From: an uncultured Actinomycetota bacterium
GTDB lineage: Bacteria; Actinomycetota; Actinomycetes; JACCUZ01
Reading direction: 5' to 3'
NCBI GenBank assembly: GCA_963829565.1
Contig: CAWHJC010000003.1
Coordinates: 72,615-136,614 of the forward strand
DNA: 64,000 nucleotides
The notes below the pieces were generated by a model. That model was not told the DNA's origin. It searched no databases and saw only the letters and a list, made by a program, of their open reading frames with translations. Each line of letters begins with the position of its first letter. Position 1 is the stretch's first letter. This document shows positions 24,884-36,842 of the stretch, in pieces. The translations under genes were made by a program, and so were the position numbers.

Positions 24884-26497
24884 TCAGCCGGCGCGGTGAC
24901 GCAGCAGGCCGTAGGTGACGGCGTCGAGCAGGGCCTCCCAGGACGCCTCGATGATGTTCGGGTGGACGCCGACGGTCTCCCATGACGTCTCGCCGTCGCT
25001 GGTCTCCACGAGCACGCGGGTGACGGCGTCGGTCCCGTGTGCGGCGTCGACGATCCGGACCCGGTAGTCGATCAGCTCGAGCTTCGCGAGCTCCGGATAG
25101 GCCTTGCCGAGGGCGGTCCGCAGGGCGTGGTCGAGGGCGTTGACCGGACCGTTGCCCTCCCCCACCGCGACCAGTCGCTCGCCGCCGGCCCGGACCTTGA
25201 CGGTCGCCTCGGCGGCCGCCGTTCCGTCGCCGTGCGCATCGACGATGACCCGCCACGACTCCACGTCGAAGAAGTCGGGAGCGGCACCCTCGACCTCGGT
25301 GCGCAGCAGCAGCTCGAACGACGCATCAGCGGCCTCGAACGTGTAGCCCTGGCTCTCCATCTTCTTGACCTTGTCGGTGATCCGGGTGAGCAGCTCCGTG
25401 TTGCCCGCCAGGTCGTAGCCGAGCTCGCGGCCCTTGAGCTCGATCGATGCACGGCCGGCCATGTCGGAGACAAGCATCCGCATGTCGTTCCCCACCGACT
25501 CCGGGTGCTCGTGCTGGTAGAGCATGGGGTCGATGCGCACGGCGCTCGCGTGCAGCCCCGCCTTGTGCGCGAACGCCGAGGCGCCGACGTACGGCTGACG
25601 CGAGTACGGCGGGACGTTGGCCAGCTCGGACACCGCGTGGGCGATCCGGGTCGCCTCGCGCAGGGCGCCCGACGGCAGGACCCGCCGCTCGCGCTTGAGC
25701 TCGAGGTTGGCCACCACCGTGAGGATGTCGGCGTTCCCGGTGCGCTCGCCGTAGCCGTTGAGCGTCCCCTGCACGTGGGTCGCCCCTGCGTCGACGGCGG
25801 CCAGCGAGTTGGCCACCGCGCATCCCGCGTCGTTGTGGCAGTGGATGCCCAGCCGGGCCGAGGTCGCCTCGCGCACGGCGTGCACGACGTCGGCGACCTC
25901 GTCGGGCAGCCGCCCTCCGTTGGTGTCGCACAGGACGGCCACATCGGCCCCGGCCTCCATCGCGACGCGCAGCACCTCCAGCGCGTACGACGGGTTGCTC
26001 GCGTACCCGTCGAAGAAGTGCTCGGCGTCCAGGAAGACGCGCCGGCCCTCGTCCCTCAGGTGGCCGACCGTGTCGCGAACCATCGCGAGGTTCTCCTCGA
26101 GAGTGGTACGCAGGGCGAGCTCGACGTGCCGGTCATGGCTCTTGGCCACCAACGTCACGACGGGCGCCGCGGAGTCACGCAGGGCGGCCACCAGGGGGTC
26201 GTCGGCGGCCTTCGCACCGGGTCGGCGGGTCGCGCCGAACGCGGCGAGCTGCGCGTGCCTCAGGTCGAGCTCGGTCCGAGCCCGCCGGAAGAACTCCGTG
26301 TCCTTGGGGTTGCTGCCCGGCCAGCCGCCCTCGATGAACCCCACGCCCAGCTCGTCGAGGTGGGCTGCGACAGCCAGCTTGTCGGCGACGGAGAACGCGA
26401 GGCCCTCCTGCTGGGCGCCGTCGCGCAGGGTCGTGTCGTAGACATGAAAGGCATCGGAGCGGCCCACCTCGTCGATGGCGTCGTGCTGGCCAGTCAT
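24884..26497 (-). CDS. cimA: citramalate synthase / 2-isopropylmalate synthase family (LeuA/CimA, with the LeuA allosteric domain)
   Basis: HVYDTTLRDGAQ, HCHND and LNGYGERTGNA motifs plus a C-terminal LeuA dimerisation domain. True start is the ATG at 26497; the ORF-track TTG at 26515 lies inside a terminator U-tract. Confidence 0.85.
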   Translation of the reverse strand: MTGQHDAIDEVGRSDAFHVYDTTLRDGAQQEGLAFSVADKLAVAAHLDELGVGFIEGGWPGSNPKDTEFFRRARTELDLRHAQLAAFGATRRPGAKAADDPLVAALRDSAAPVVTLVAKSHDRHVELALRTTLEENLAMVRDTVGHLRDEGRRVFLDAEHFFDGYASNPSYALEVLRVAMEAGADVAVLCDTNGGRLPDEVADVVHAVREATSARLGIHCHNDAGCAVANSLAAVDAGATHVQGTLNGYGERTGNADILTVVANLELKRERRVLPSGALREATRIAHAVSELANVPPYSRQPYVGASAFAHKAGLHASAVRIDPMLYQHEHPESVGNDMRMLVSDMAGRASIELKGRELGYDLAGNTELLTRITDKVKKMESQGYTFEAADASFELLLRTEVEGAAPDFFDVESWRVIVDAHGDGTAAAEATVKVRAGGERLVAVGEGNGPVNALDHALRTALGKAYPELAKLELIDYRVRIVDAAHGTDAVTRVLVETSDGETSWETVGVHPNIIEASWEALLDAVTYGLLRHRAG

Positions 26498-26507
26498 GGC
26501 TGTCCCC

Positions 26508-26542
26508 TCAAACAAAAAGACCCCCCGCGGTCGCGGGAGGTC
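26508..26542 (-). terminator. Intrinsic terminator/attenuator hairpin immediately upstream of the cimA ribosome-binding site
   Basis: Minus strand: GACCTCCCGC-GACC-GCGGGGGGTC (10-bp stem with one G-U pair) followed by TTTTTGTTTG, then GAGGGGACAGCC-ATG. Confidence 0.6.
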
Positions 26543-26707
26543 TGCGCGTCGGCCGGCTCTTGTCGGGCGCCGGCGGGCGCGCTCAGGTCGTAATGCAGGC
26601 GTTCATTGCTCCCGAGAGTGCCACCGCGCGCCCACGGAGCGGAACCACCGTCCCACCATCCGGACCGGACGCCGGCTTCCCGGAGTCGGATGGCGGGACG
26701 TCCTGGG

Positions 26708-27118
26708 TCAGGCGGGGCCGTCGTCGTAGACGGGCAGCGCCCGGACGGCGTCCGGCGGGAGGGTCAGGCCGTCCTCGGTGCCGGGGTTCACGGCGAGCCA
26801 GAGGTCGTCGGAGGGCCAGTTCGCCGCCAGCTCGGAGGCGGAGACGGAGACGGCGTCATCGATGTCCGGTGCGGCGGCGGCCATGGTCGCCTCCGAGGTG
26901 AAGACCGGCACGTAGGACGTGCCGTCCTGCTCGATCACCGGCAGCGAGATCGAGCCGTCGGGAGCGGCTCCGTCCTGGCCGGCTGCCTGGGGCACCACGA
27001 CGTCGCTGGCGGCGACCGCACGCATCACGGCATCGGTGTCACCCGCCGCCATCCCGGCGGCGATAGCCGACTCGGTCTGCTGGGCGGGCTGGCTGCCGTT
27101 GGGGCTCGGCACGGTCAT
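26708..27118 (-). CDS. SseB-family protein
   Basis: About 136 aa from MTVPSPNG. Has an acidic pattern ending ...SYVPVFTSEA..., typical of the actinobacterial SseB N-terminal domain. Confidence 0.5.
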   Translation of the reverse strand: MTVPSPNGSQPAQQTESAIAAGMAAGDTDAVMRAVAASDVVVPQAAGQDGAAPDGSISLPVIEQDGTSYVPVFTSEATMAAAAPDIDDAVSVSASELAANWPSDDLWLAVNPGTEDGLTLPPDAVRALPVYDDGPA

Positions 27119-27222
27119 CGGGATTCTCCTCGGGGGAGGGGTGGTGGGACCCCTCCACCCTGACGGTTCGACGCGAGGATCGGGCAAATCCCCAGGTCAC
27201 AGGTGGTCAGGAGCCTGAGCCC

Positions 27223-28315
27223 TCAGACCACCCGCTGCATCCAGCCGTGCGGGTCGCGGAGCGGTCCCCTGCTGGATCCCGAGCAGGGACTCACGGACCT
27301 TCATCGTGACCGCGCCGGGCTGCCCGTCGGCCACCTCGAAGCTGCCTCCTGCGTGCTTGACCTGGCCGACCGGCGTGACGACGGCCGCCGTGCCGCACGC
27401 GAACACCTCGGTGATGGTCCCGTCGGCAGCACCGCGCTCCCACTCCTCGGTCGAGATCCGCCGCTCCTCGACCTCGAGGCCGAGGTCCTTGCCCAGGGTG
27501 AGGATCGAGTCCCGGGTCACGCCGGGGAGCAGTGTCCCGGTCAGCGCCGGGGTGACGAGACGGCCGTCGGCGAACACGAAGTACAGGTTCATCCCGCCCA
27601 TCTCCTCGACGTAGCGGTGCTCGATCGCGTCGAGCCAGACGACCTGGTCGCAGCCCTGCTCCGCAGCCTGCGCCTGCGCGACGAGCGAGGCCGCGTAGTT
27701 GCCGGCGCACTTCGCCTCGCCGGTCCCGCCGGGCGCCGCGCGCACGTACTCCGTCGAGAGCCACACCGACACCGGCCGCACCCCACCGGGGAAGTAGGTG
27801 CCGGCGGGGGAGGCGAAGAGCAGGTAGCGGTAGGTCAACGACGGCCGCACGCCGAGGAACGGGTCGGTGGCGAACATCAGCGGCCGCAGGTAGAGCGACT
27901 CGCCGGATCGCTGCGGCACCCAGTCGCGGTCGGCCCTGACCAGGGCGCGGACGGACTCGAGGAACAGCTCGTCCGGCAGCTCGGCCATGGCCAGCCGCCG
28001 CGCCGAGCGTCGGAAGCGGGCCGCGTTCTGCTCCGGCCGGAACAGCGCGACCGACCCGTCGGGCTGGTGGTAGGCCTTGAGCCCTTCGAAGATCGCCTGG
28101 CCGTAGTGCAGGACCGACGTCGCCGGGTCGAGGACGAGCGGCTGGTACGCGGTGAGGCGGGCGTCGTGCCACCCCTCGTCGCCTGACCAGTCGGCGCTCA
28201 CCATGTGGTCGGTGAACACCTGGCCGAAGCCGGGGTCCTGGAGCAGGCCGGCGCGCTCCTCGGCACTGCGCGGGGAGCTCGACGGGGCGAGCTCGATCGT
28301 CAGGTCACTCGGCAT
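27223..28315 (-). CDS. ilvE: branched-chain amino acid aminotransferase, with a frameshift near its 3' end
   Basis: Full IlvE similarity (fold-type IV PLP enzyme). The last ~13 codons ([10 protein letters not shown]) are in another frame, repaired by removing one C or G near 27265. Confidence 0.85.
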
Positions 28316-28334
28316 GGGCAGACGGTAGCCGACC

Positions 28335-29388
28335 TCAGCGCAGGTACTCCAGGACGGCCTGGCCGACCTCGCGGGTCCCCCTGGGCGCCGGCCCGCGCGC
28401 GGCCAGGTCCCGCGCGACGGCGCTGCTCGACGCGCGACGCCGCGTCGGGCAGCCCGATGTGCTCCAGCAGCAGTGCCACGGACAGCACGGTTGCGGTGGG
28501 GTCCGCGATCCCTCGCCCGGCGATGTCCGGCGCGCTGCCGTGGACCGGCTCGAACATCGACGGGTTGGTCCGGCTCACGTCGAGGTTCCCGCTCGCGGCG
28601 AGCCCGATGCCACCGGTCACCGCGGCCGCCAGGTCGGTGACGATGTCACCGAAGAGGTTGTCCGTCACCACGACGTCGAAGCGGCCGGGGTCGGTGACCA
28701 GGAAGATCGAGGCAGCGTCGACGTGCAGGTAGTCGGTGGTGACGTCCGGGAAGTCGGCGCCGACCGCGGCGACCGTCCGGGCCCACAGGTCACCGGCGTG
28801 GACCAGCACGTTGGTCTTGTGCACCAGGGTGAGGTGACGTCGGGGCCGGTTCATGGCCCGGGCGAAGGCGTCCCGGACCACCCGCTCGACGCCGTACGAG
28901 GTGTTGACGCTGACCTCGGTCGCGATCTCGTGCGGCGTGCCGCGCCGGACCACTCCCCCGTTGCCGACGTACGGGCCTTCGGTGCCCTCCCGGACCACCA
29001 CGAAGTCGATGTCCTGCGGGCCACGGCCGGCCAGCGGCGACGTCACCCCCGGGTAGAGCCTCGCCGGGCGCAGGTTCACGTGGTGGTCGAGCTCGAACCT
29101 CAGCCGCAGGAGCAGGCCGCGCTCGAGGACGCCGCTGGGCACCGACGGGTCGCCCACGGCACCGAGCAGGATCGCGTCGTGGCCGCGCAGCTCGTCGAGC
29201 ACGGAGTCCGGCAGCGTCTCTCCGGTCTCGTGCCACCGCCGGGCACCGAGGTCGTACTCCGTGGCCGCCAGCTTCACGTCGTCGCCGAGAACGGCCTCGA
29301 GGACTCGCAGTCCCTCCGACACGACCTCCGGGCCGATGCCGTCGCCGGGCACCACGGCGAGCCGGAGGGTCGAAGGGCTGGTCTGCAC
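28335..29388 (-). CDS. leuB: 3-isopropylmalate dehydrogenase, with a frameshift near its 3' end
   Basis: GTG start, then [22 protein letters not shown] and the isocitrate/IPMDH signature. The C-terminus ([10 protein letters not shown]...AVLEYLR*) is in a second frame with one extra C near 28410. Confidence 0.85.
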
Positions 29389-29390
29389 GC

Positions 29391-29516
29391 TCAGTGGCCG
29401 GTCTCGCCGCCGTTGTCGCGCCGGTCCATGGCTTCCTGCACGGCGTGCTGGACGGCCTGCACGGCGTCGGCGTGGTCGCGCCGCTCGCTCGGGCTGCTGG
29501 GGTGGTGGTGCTTCAT
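29391..29516 (-). CDS. small His-rich ORF (41 aa) translationally coupled to leuB
   Basis: [47 protein letters not shown] Shine-Dalgarno lies 7 nt before the ATG. Its TGA sits 2 nt before the leuB GTG. Contains no Leu codons. Confidence 0.3.
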   Translation of the reverse strand: MKHHHPSSPSERRDHADAVQAVQHAVQEAMDRRDNGGETGH

Positions 29517-29706
29517 GACGGATCCTCTGCGTTCGCGTTCCGAGGCGGGCCAGCGCCGGACTCCGCGACGGGGAGCCGGCCCTTGCTAGCGGGCCCCGCC
29601 GCGGCAGCGAAGTACGAGGAGAACGCGTCGCATGATCTTCCGACCGTACGTCGGGACGGCGCACCTGTCTCGGCCCTCGGCGGACTGTTCCGGATACTGG
29701 ACAGAA

Positions 29707-31296
29707 CTAGTCGGTGAGGTCGGCCTGGCGGGCCGTCGCGGCGCCGATCTCGGCGACGATCTCGTCCAGCACCGACCCGGGGATGGCCCCGTCGACCGTC
29801 ATGGCTACCAGGGCGTGGCCACCCTTGCGGTCGCGGCTGACCTGCATCCCCGCGATGTTCACGCCCGCCTCGCCGAGGATGCGCCCCACGGCGCCGACGA
29901 TCCCCGGTCGGTCGTCGTAGCGGAACACGGCCATGTGGTCGGAGAGCGTGACCTCGATGTCGAAGCCGTCGATCTCGACGAGCTTCTCCACCTGACGCTG
30001 CCCGGTCAGTGTGCCGGACACCGACACCTGGGTGCCGTCGGCGAGGGTGCCCCGCAGGGTGAGGAGGTTGCGGTAGTCGGGAGAGTCGGCGTCCGTGCTG
30101 AGCCGCACCCCGACGCCGCGCTCGGACGCCAGCAGCGGCGCATTGACGTAGGAGACCGGGTCCTCGACCACGTCGGTGAACAGCCCCTTGAGGGCGGCTA
30201 GCTCGAGCACCCGGACGTCGTGGGCGGTGATCTCGCCGCGCACCTCCACGTCGAGCTGGGACGGCACCGTCCCGGCCAGCGCCGTGAAGAACCGCCCCAG
30301 CTTCTCGGCGAGGGGGATGCCGGGCCGGACCTCCTCGGCGATGACGCCGCCCTGGACGTTGACCGCGTCGGGGACCAGCTCACCGGCCAGCGCCAGGCGC
30401 ACGGAGCGCGCGACGGCGACACCGGCCTTCTCCTGGGCCTCGTCCGTGCTGGCCCCGAGATGCGGTGTGGCGACGACCGACTCGAACTCGAAGAGCGGCG
30501 AGTCGATGCACGGCTCCTTGGCGTAGACGTCAAGCCCGGCGCCGGCGACCCGGCCCTCCTTGATGGCGGCGGCCAGCGCGTCCTCGTCGACGATGCCGCC
30601 GCGGGCGGCGTTGACGAGGATCAGGGACGGCTTGACGAGGGACAGCTGCTCGTGGCCGATGATGCCGACCGTCTCGGCGGTCTTCGGCAGGTGGACGGAG
30701 ATGACGTCGCTGGTGCGCAGCAGCTCGTCCAGCCCGACCAGGCGGACGCCCATCTGGGCGGCCCGCCCGGCGGCGACGAACGGGTCGTAGGCGATGACGT
30801 GCATCCCGAACGCGGAGAGCCGCTGGGCGACCAGGGCTCCGATCCGTCCGAGCCCCACGATGCCGGCCGTCTTCTCGTAGAGCTCGACGCCGGAGTACTT
30901 GCTGCGCTTCCACTCCCCCTGCTTGAGAGCCGCGTTGGCCGGCGCGATGTTCCGGGCCGCCGCGAGCAGCAGGCCGACCGCGAGCTCGGCGGCGCTGACG
31001 ATGTTGGACTGCGGGGCGTTGACGACCATGACGCCGGCCTGGGTCGCCGCCTTGACGTCGACGTTGTCCAGGCCGACGCCGGCGCGCGCCACGACCTTGA
31101 GCCGTCGGGCAGCGTTGAACACCTCGGCGTCCACGGCCGTCGCGCTGCGGATCAGCAGGGCGTCGACGTCGGCGACCGCCGACAGCAGCGCGGCCCGGTC
31201 GGTCCCGTCGACGTAGCGCACATCGAAGTCAGGGCCGAGGGCGTCGATCGTCGCGGGCGAGAGCTCCTCGGCGATGAGCACGACGGGCTGAGTCAC
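29707..31296 (-). CDS. serA: D-3-phosphoglycerate dehydrogenase
   Basis: 529-aa ORF with an NAD-binding 2-hydroxyacid dehydrogenase core and a C-terminal ACT domain. Confidence 0.9.
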   Translation of the reverse strand: MTQPVVLIAEELSPATIDALGPDFDVRYVDGTDRAALLSAVADVDALLIRSATAVDAEVFNAARRLKVVARAGVGLDNVDVKAATQAGVMVVNAPQSNIVSAAELAVGLLLAAARNIAPANAALKQGEWKRSKYSGVELYEKTAGIVGLGRIGALVAQRLSAFGMHVIAYDPFVAAGRAAQMGVRLVGLDELLRTSDVISVHLPKTAETVGIIGHEQLSLVKPSLILVNAARGGIVDEDALAAAIKEGRVAGAGLDVYAKEPCIDSPLFEFESVVATPHLGASTDEAQEKAGVAVARSVRLALAGELVPDAVNVQGGVIAEEVRPGIPLAEKLGRFFTALAGTVPSQLDVEVRGEITAHDVRVLELAALKGLFTDVVEDPVSYVNAPLLASERGVGVRLSTDADSPDYRNLLTLRGTLADGTQVSVSGTLTGQRQVEKLVEIDGFDIEVTLSDHMAVFRYDDRPGIVGAVGRILGEAGVNIAGMQVSRDRKGGHALVAMTVDGAIPGSVLDEIVAEIGAATARQADLTD

Positions 31297-31353
31297 CCGC
31301 TCATGCTAACCAGTCCTTGTGAACGGGTTCACGAGCGTTCCACGGGCTGGTCG

Positions 31354-32925
<1,572 letters not shown>

Positions 32926-32929
<4 letters not shown>

Positions 32930-34729
32930 TCTCGGGTCTCCCCCGGCTCGGTGTCCCACTGCGGGGCCATGTCACGGGCCACCTGGATCTCGTCGTTGCT
33001 CGTGCCGGCCGGGACCATCGGCCACACCATCGCGTCCTGGTGGACGGTGAAGTCGACGACGACCGGGCGGTCGTCGATGGCCATCGCGCGGTCGATCGTG
33101 GCGTCGACTTCCTCCGCCTTCTCGCAGCGCAGCCCGACGCAGCCGTAGGCCTCCGCCAGCTTCACGAAGTCCGGGATGTGCTCCACCTTCGAGCCTGCTG
33201 CCGCGGCCGACCGGCCGGCACCGCCGAGGTCGGTGTTGGAGTAGCGCTCGTTGTAGAACAGCGTCTGCCACTGGCGGACCATGCCGAGACTTCCGTTGTT
33301 GATGATCGCCACCTTGATGGGGATGTCGTTGATGGCGCAGGTCGCGAGCTCCTGGTTGGTCATCTGGAAGCAGCCGTCGCCGTCGATCGCCCAGACGGTC
33401 GCGTCCGGCCGGCCGACCTTGGCGCCCATCGCCGCCGGCACGGCGTAGCCCATCGTGCCGAGCCCGCCGGAGTTCAGCCAGGTGGCCGGGTTCTCGTAGG
33501 AGATGAACTGCGCGGCCCACATCTGGTGCTGGCCGACTCCGGCAACGTAGAGCGCCTCCGGCCCTGCGATCTTGCCGAGCCGCTCGATGACGTACTGCGG
33601 CGCGAGCGACCCGTCGGCCGGTCGCTCGTAGCCCAGTGGGTAGGTGGCACGCCACGTGTCGACCTGGGCCCACCAGCCCTCGTAGTCGCCGTGGCGCCCG
33701 GCGGCGTGCTCGGCCTGCACCGCGGCAACCAGCTCGGTGATGACCTCCCGGGCGTCCCCGACGATCGGCACGTCCGCGGTGCGGTTCTTGGAGATCTCGG
33801 CCGGGTCGATATCGGCGTGGATCACCTTCGCGTCAGGGGCGAAGCTCGACAGCTTGCCGGTCACCCGGTCGTCGAACCGGGCGCCCAGGGAGATGAGGAG
33901 GTCCGACTTCTGCAGCGCGGTCACGGCGGCGACGGTCCCGTGCATTCCCGGCATCCCGAGGTGCTGTCGGTGGCTGTCGGGGAACAGCCCACGGGCCATC
34001 AGGGTGGTGACGACTGGGATGCCGGTGAGCTCCGCGAGGACCCGCAGCTCGGCCCACGCCCGCGCCTTGAGGACACCGCCGCCGACGTAGAGCACCGGCT
34101 GGCGCGACTGCGTGATCAGGCGCGCAGCCTCCCGGATCTGCTTGCCGTGGGGCCGGGTTACGGGGTGGTAGCCCGGCAGGTCGATCGAGGTCGGCCAGGT
34201 GAACGTAGTCCGGGCCTGCAGGGCGTCCTTCGCGACGTCGACCAGCACCGGGCCGGGGCGGCCGGTCGACGCGATGTGGAAAGCCTCGGCGATGGTGCGC
34301 GGGATCTCTGCCGGGTCGGTGACGAGGTAGTTGTGCTTGGTGATCGGCAGCGTGATGCCCCGGATGTCCGCCTCCTGGAAGGCGTCGGTGCCGATCGACG
34401 CACTGGGCACCTGACCCGGTGATGGCCACGATCGGGACGCTGTCCATGTAGGCGTCGGCGATGGGCGTCACCAGGTTGGTCGCGCCGGGCCCGCTGGTGG
34501 CCATGCACACGCCGACCCGGCCGGTGGCCTGGGCGTAGCCCTCGGCGGCGTGCCCGGCGCCCTGCTCGTGGCGGACCAGCACGTGCCGGATCGCCGTCGA
34601 GTCCATCAGCGGGTCGTAGAGCGGCAGGATCGCCCCGCCCGGGATGCCGAAGACCGTGTCGACCCCGGCAGCCTCCAGCGAGCGGACGAGACTCTGCGCT
34701 CCGGTGACCTGCTCGGGCTGCGCTGGCAT
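32926..34729 (-). CDS. ilvB: acetolactate synthase large subunit, with a frameshift near 34407
   Basis: TPP-enzyme N-terminus ([21 protein letters not shown]) is in one frame. The remainder ([16 protein letters not shown]...) is in another. One extra G in ACCGGGTCAGG rejoins them. Start is the ATG at 34729 ([10 protein letters not shown]). Confidence 0.9.
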
Positions 34730-34762
34730 CGCGGGACCTCTCGGATTCGGTGGGGAGCCAAC

Positions 34763-34799
34763 AAAAAACCCCTCCGGTCCAGTCTGGACTCGTGAGGGG
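34763..34799 (-). terminator. ilvB leader attenuator terminator
   Basis: Minus strand: CCCCTC-ACG-AGTCCAG-A-CTGGAC-CG-GAGGGG followed by TTTTTTG. It lies between the leader ORF and the ilvB start. Confidence 0.6.
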
Positions 34800-34817
34800 T
34801 TGCGCGCCTGGCTGAGG

Positions 34818-34862
34818 TCAGCCGGCGCGCAGGCGAAGTACGAGGGACGGCTGCGGGTGCAT
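34818..34862 (-). CDS. putative ilvB leader peptide ([14 protein letters not shown])
   Basis: 14-codon ORF containing L, V, L, L regulatory-type codons. Its TGA is 18 nt upstream of the terminator hairpin. Confidence 0.4.
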   Translation of the reverse strand: MHPQPSLVLRLRAG

Positions 34863-35054
34863 GGCGTCACGCTCGCCGGTGCCGCGTCCCGATGTCAACG
34901 GTTTCGAGACGGGCGTCCCAGGATCCGGACCGGACCGAGTAGTCCGGAACCGGCCGGGACAGGACAGGTCCCCGGCAGGTCACCCGACCGGCCCATAGGG
35001 GCTGCCACGGACCGCATCCGAAAACTAAAGGGAAGGTAAAGGGGAGGTGGAGCC

Positions 35055-36800
35055 ATGCCCGCCGAGGAGACGCCGGCTCGGTGGCAGCGCCGGGCCGCTT
35101 GGGCGAGGACGATCCGGGTGACCGTGTTCTGCGCCCCCGTCCTGGCCTCGTTCGTGGCCGCCTGGGCGGTCCGCGAGGCGCTGCCGCCGGCCGCCGGCCT
35201 GACCGCGCGCGCGCTCCAGCTCGCCGTGCTCGTCGCCGTGTCGACGCTCGTGCTGCTGCTCGTGGACCGGCTGGGCAGACGCGCCCTCCCCCTCGTCACG
35301 CTGCTCGACCTCAGCATGCTGTTCCCGGACCGCGCACCGTCACGGGTGAAGGTGGCTCGCGACGCGATTCAGGAAGCGGCCCATCGAGGAGCAGCTGGCC
35401 CGCGTCCGAGACGCCGGCGCCGACCCCGGCGCGGTCGCCCGCGAGATCCTGACGCTGGTGGCGGCCCTGAGCCAGCACGACCGGCCGACCCGCGGGCACG
35501 CCGAGCGCGTCCGGATGTTCACCGACCTGCTCGCCGACGCAGATGAAGATCCCGGCACGGGACCGTGACCTCCTGCGATGGGTGGCGATCCTGCACGACA
35601 TCGGAAAGCTCAAGGTGCCGGCGACCCTGCTGAACAAGCCGGGCAAGCCGACCGAGCACGAGTGGGAGCTGCTCAAGGCCCACCCCGGTCACGGCGCGGA
35701 CATGGCGGAGGCGCTGCTCCCATGGCTTGGCGAATGGGGCGACGTCATCGTGCAGCACCACGAGAGGTACGACGGGACGGGGTACCCGACCGGCCTCTCC
35801 GGGTCGAAGATCAGCCTGGGCGCACGCATCGTCTCGGTGGCCGACGCGTACGACGTCATGACCGCCGCTCGGGCCTACAAGCGGCCGGTCTCCCGCGCCG
35901 CCGCGCTGGCCGAGCTGGTGAAGTTCTCCGGCAGCCAGTTCGACCCGATGGTCGTCCGCGCGATGGTTGCCGTCGGTGCCCCACGGCTGCGCCGCGCCCA
36001 GGGGCTGGTGGCCTGGCTGGCCGACCTGCCGCTGGTGGCGACCGGGTCGGTGCCCGCGGCGACCGTCGCCCGGGTGGTGGGGGCCGGAGCGCTCGCTACC
36101 GGCGCGGTCACCGGCGGGATGGTGGTGGAGGACGCCCTCCCACAGCCACCGACAGGCATCGTGGCGGAGCGGGCGGTGTCCCAGGGCGCGCCGGACCGAT
36201 CCGGGGCGGCCGGTCGCGCCGGCGACGGCCCTGCAGTCGAGAGCGCTGCGGCCGACCGCGCGGCCACATCCCTTCGGCCGGATTCGTCGCCGACGCCCCA
36301 GGCGACCGACGCCTCACCCACGGCAGCGGGAGCCTCCTCGAGGGCACCGGCGACGCGCGGCCCCGGCGACGAAGACGGGTCCGCGCCGGAGCCAGCCGGG
36401 TCGACCTCCACCGACCGCTCGGGCGAGGTCGCGCCCTCGGATGCCGCGACCAGCACCGCGCCGACCCCTGCGCCGGCCACCACGGGCGGCACCGGGAAGT
36501 CGTCGGGTGGCACGCTCACGGACACCGTGGGCACGGCGACGGACACCGTCGACGGTGCGGTCGGCACCGTGACCGGCACGGTCGACGACGTGCTCACCGA
36601 CCCGGTCGGCACGGTGGACGGCGTCGTCAGCGACCCGGTCGGGACGGTTACCGACACGCTGGACAAGCTGCTCGGTGGGAGCAGTCACGACGCCGTCGAG
36701 CCCACGCCGTGGCACCGGCGGCGGGCCGCTGCGACGAGGGCTCTCACCGGGTTGCCTGCTCGAAGCTGGCACTCGCCTCGGCGGTCTGCTCGGCCACTCG
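35055..36800 (+). CDS. HD-GYP domain c-di-GMP phosphodiesterase with an N-terminal membrane region and a Thr/Val/Gly-rich repetitive tail (about two frameshifts; 3' end uncertain)
   Basis: Transmembrane N-terminus (35055 frame), a linker (HAERVRMF) in a second frame, and the HD-GYP core (ILHDIGK...HHERYDGTGYP) from 35543. A TDTVGT / DPVGTV repeat tail lies at about 36500-36690. There is no clear stop before the convergent ilvD. Confidence 0.65.
36500..36690. repeat. degenerate tandem repeats encoding TDTVGT / DPVGTV units in the HD-GYP tail
   Basis: Reiterated gacaccgtcggcacggtg-like units are visible in the sequence. Confidence 0.5.
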
Positions 36801-36842
36801 ACGACGTCAGGTCCGCCAGCGGTTCCCCGATCACGACGACAC

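Noticed and set aside
26498-26515. ORF-track start of cimA at 26515 (MFEGTAM...)
   Set aside because: That 'M' is a TTG inside the terminator U-tract. The ATG at 26497, with a GAGGGGA Shine-Dalgarno 5 nt upstream, is the credible start.
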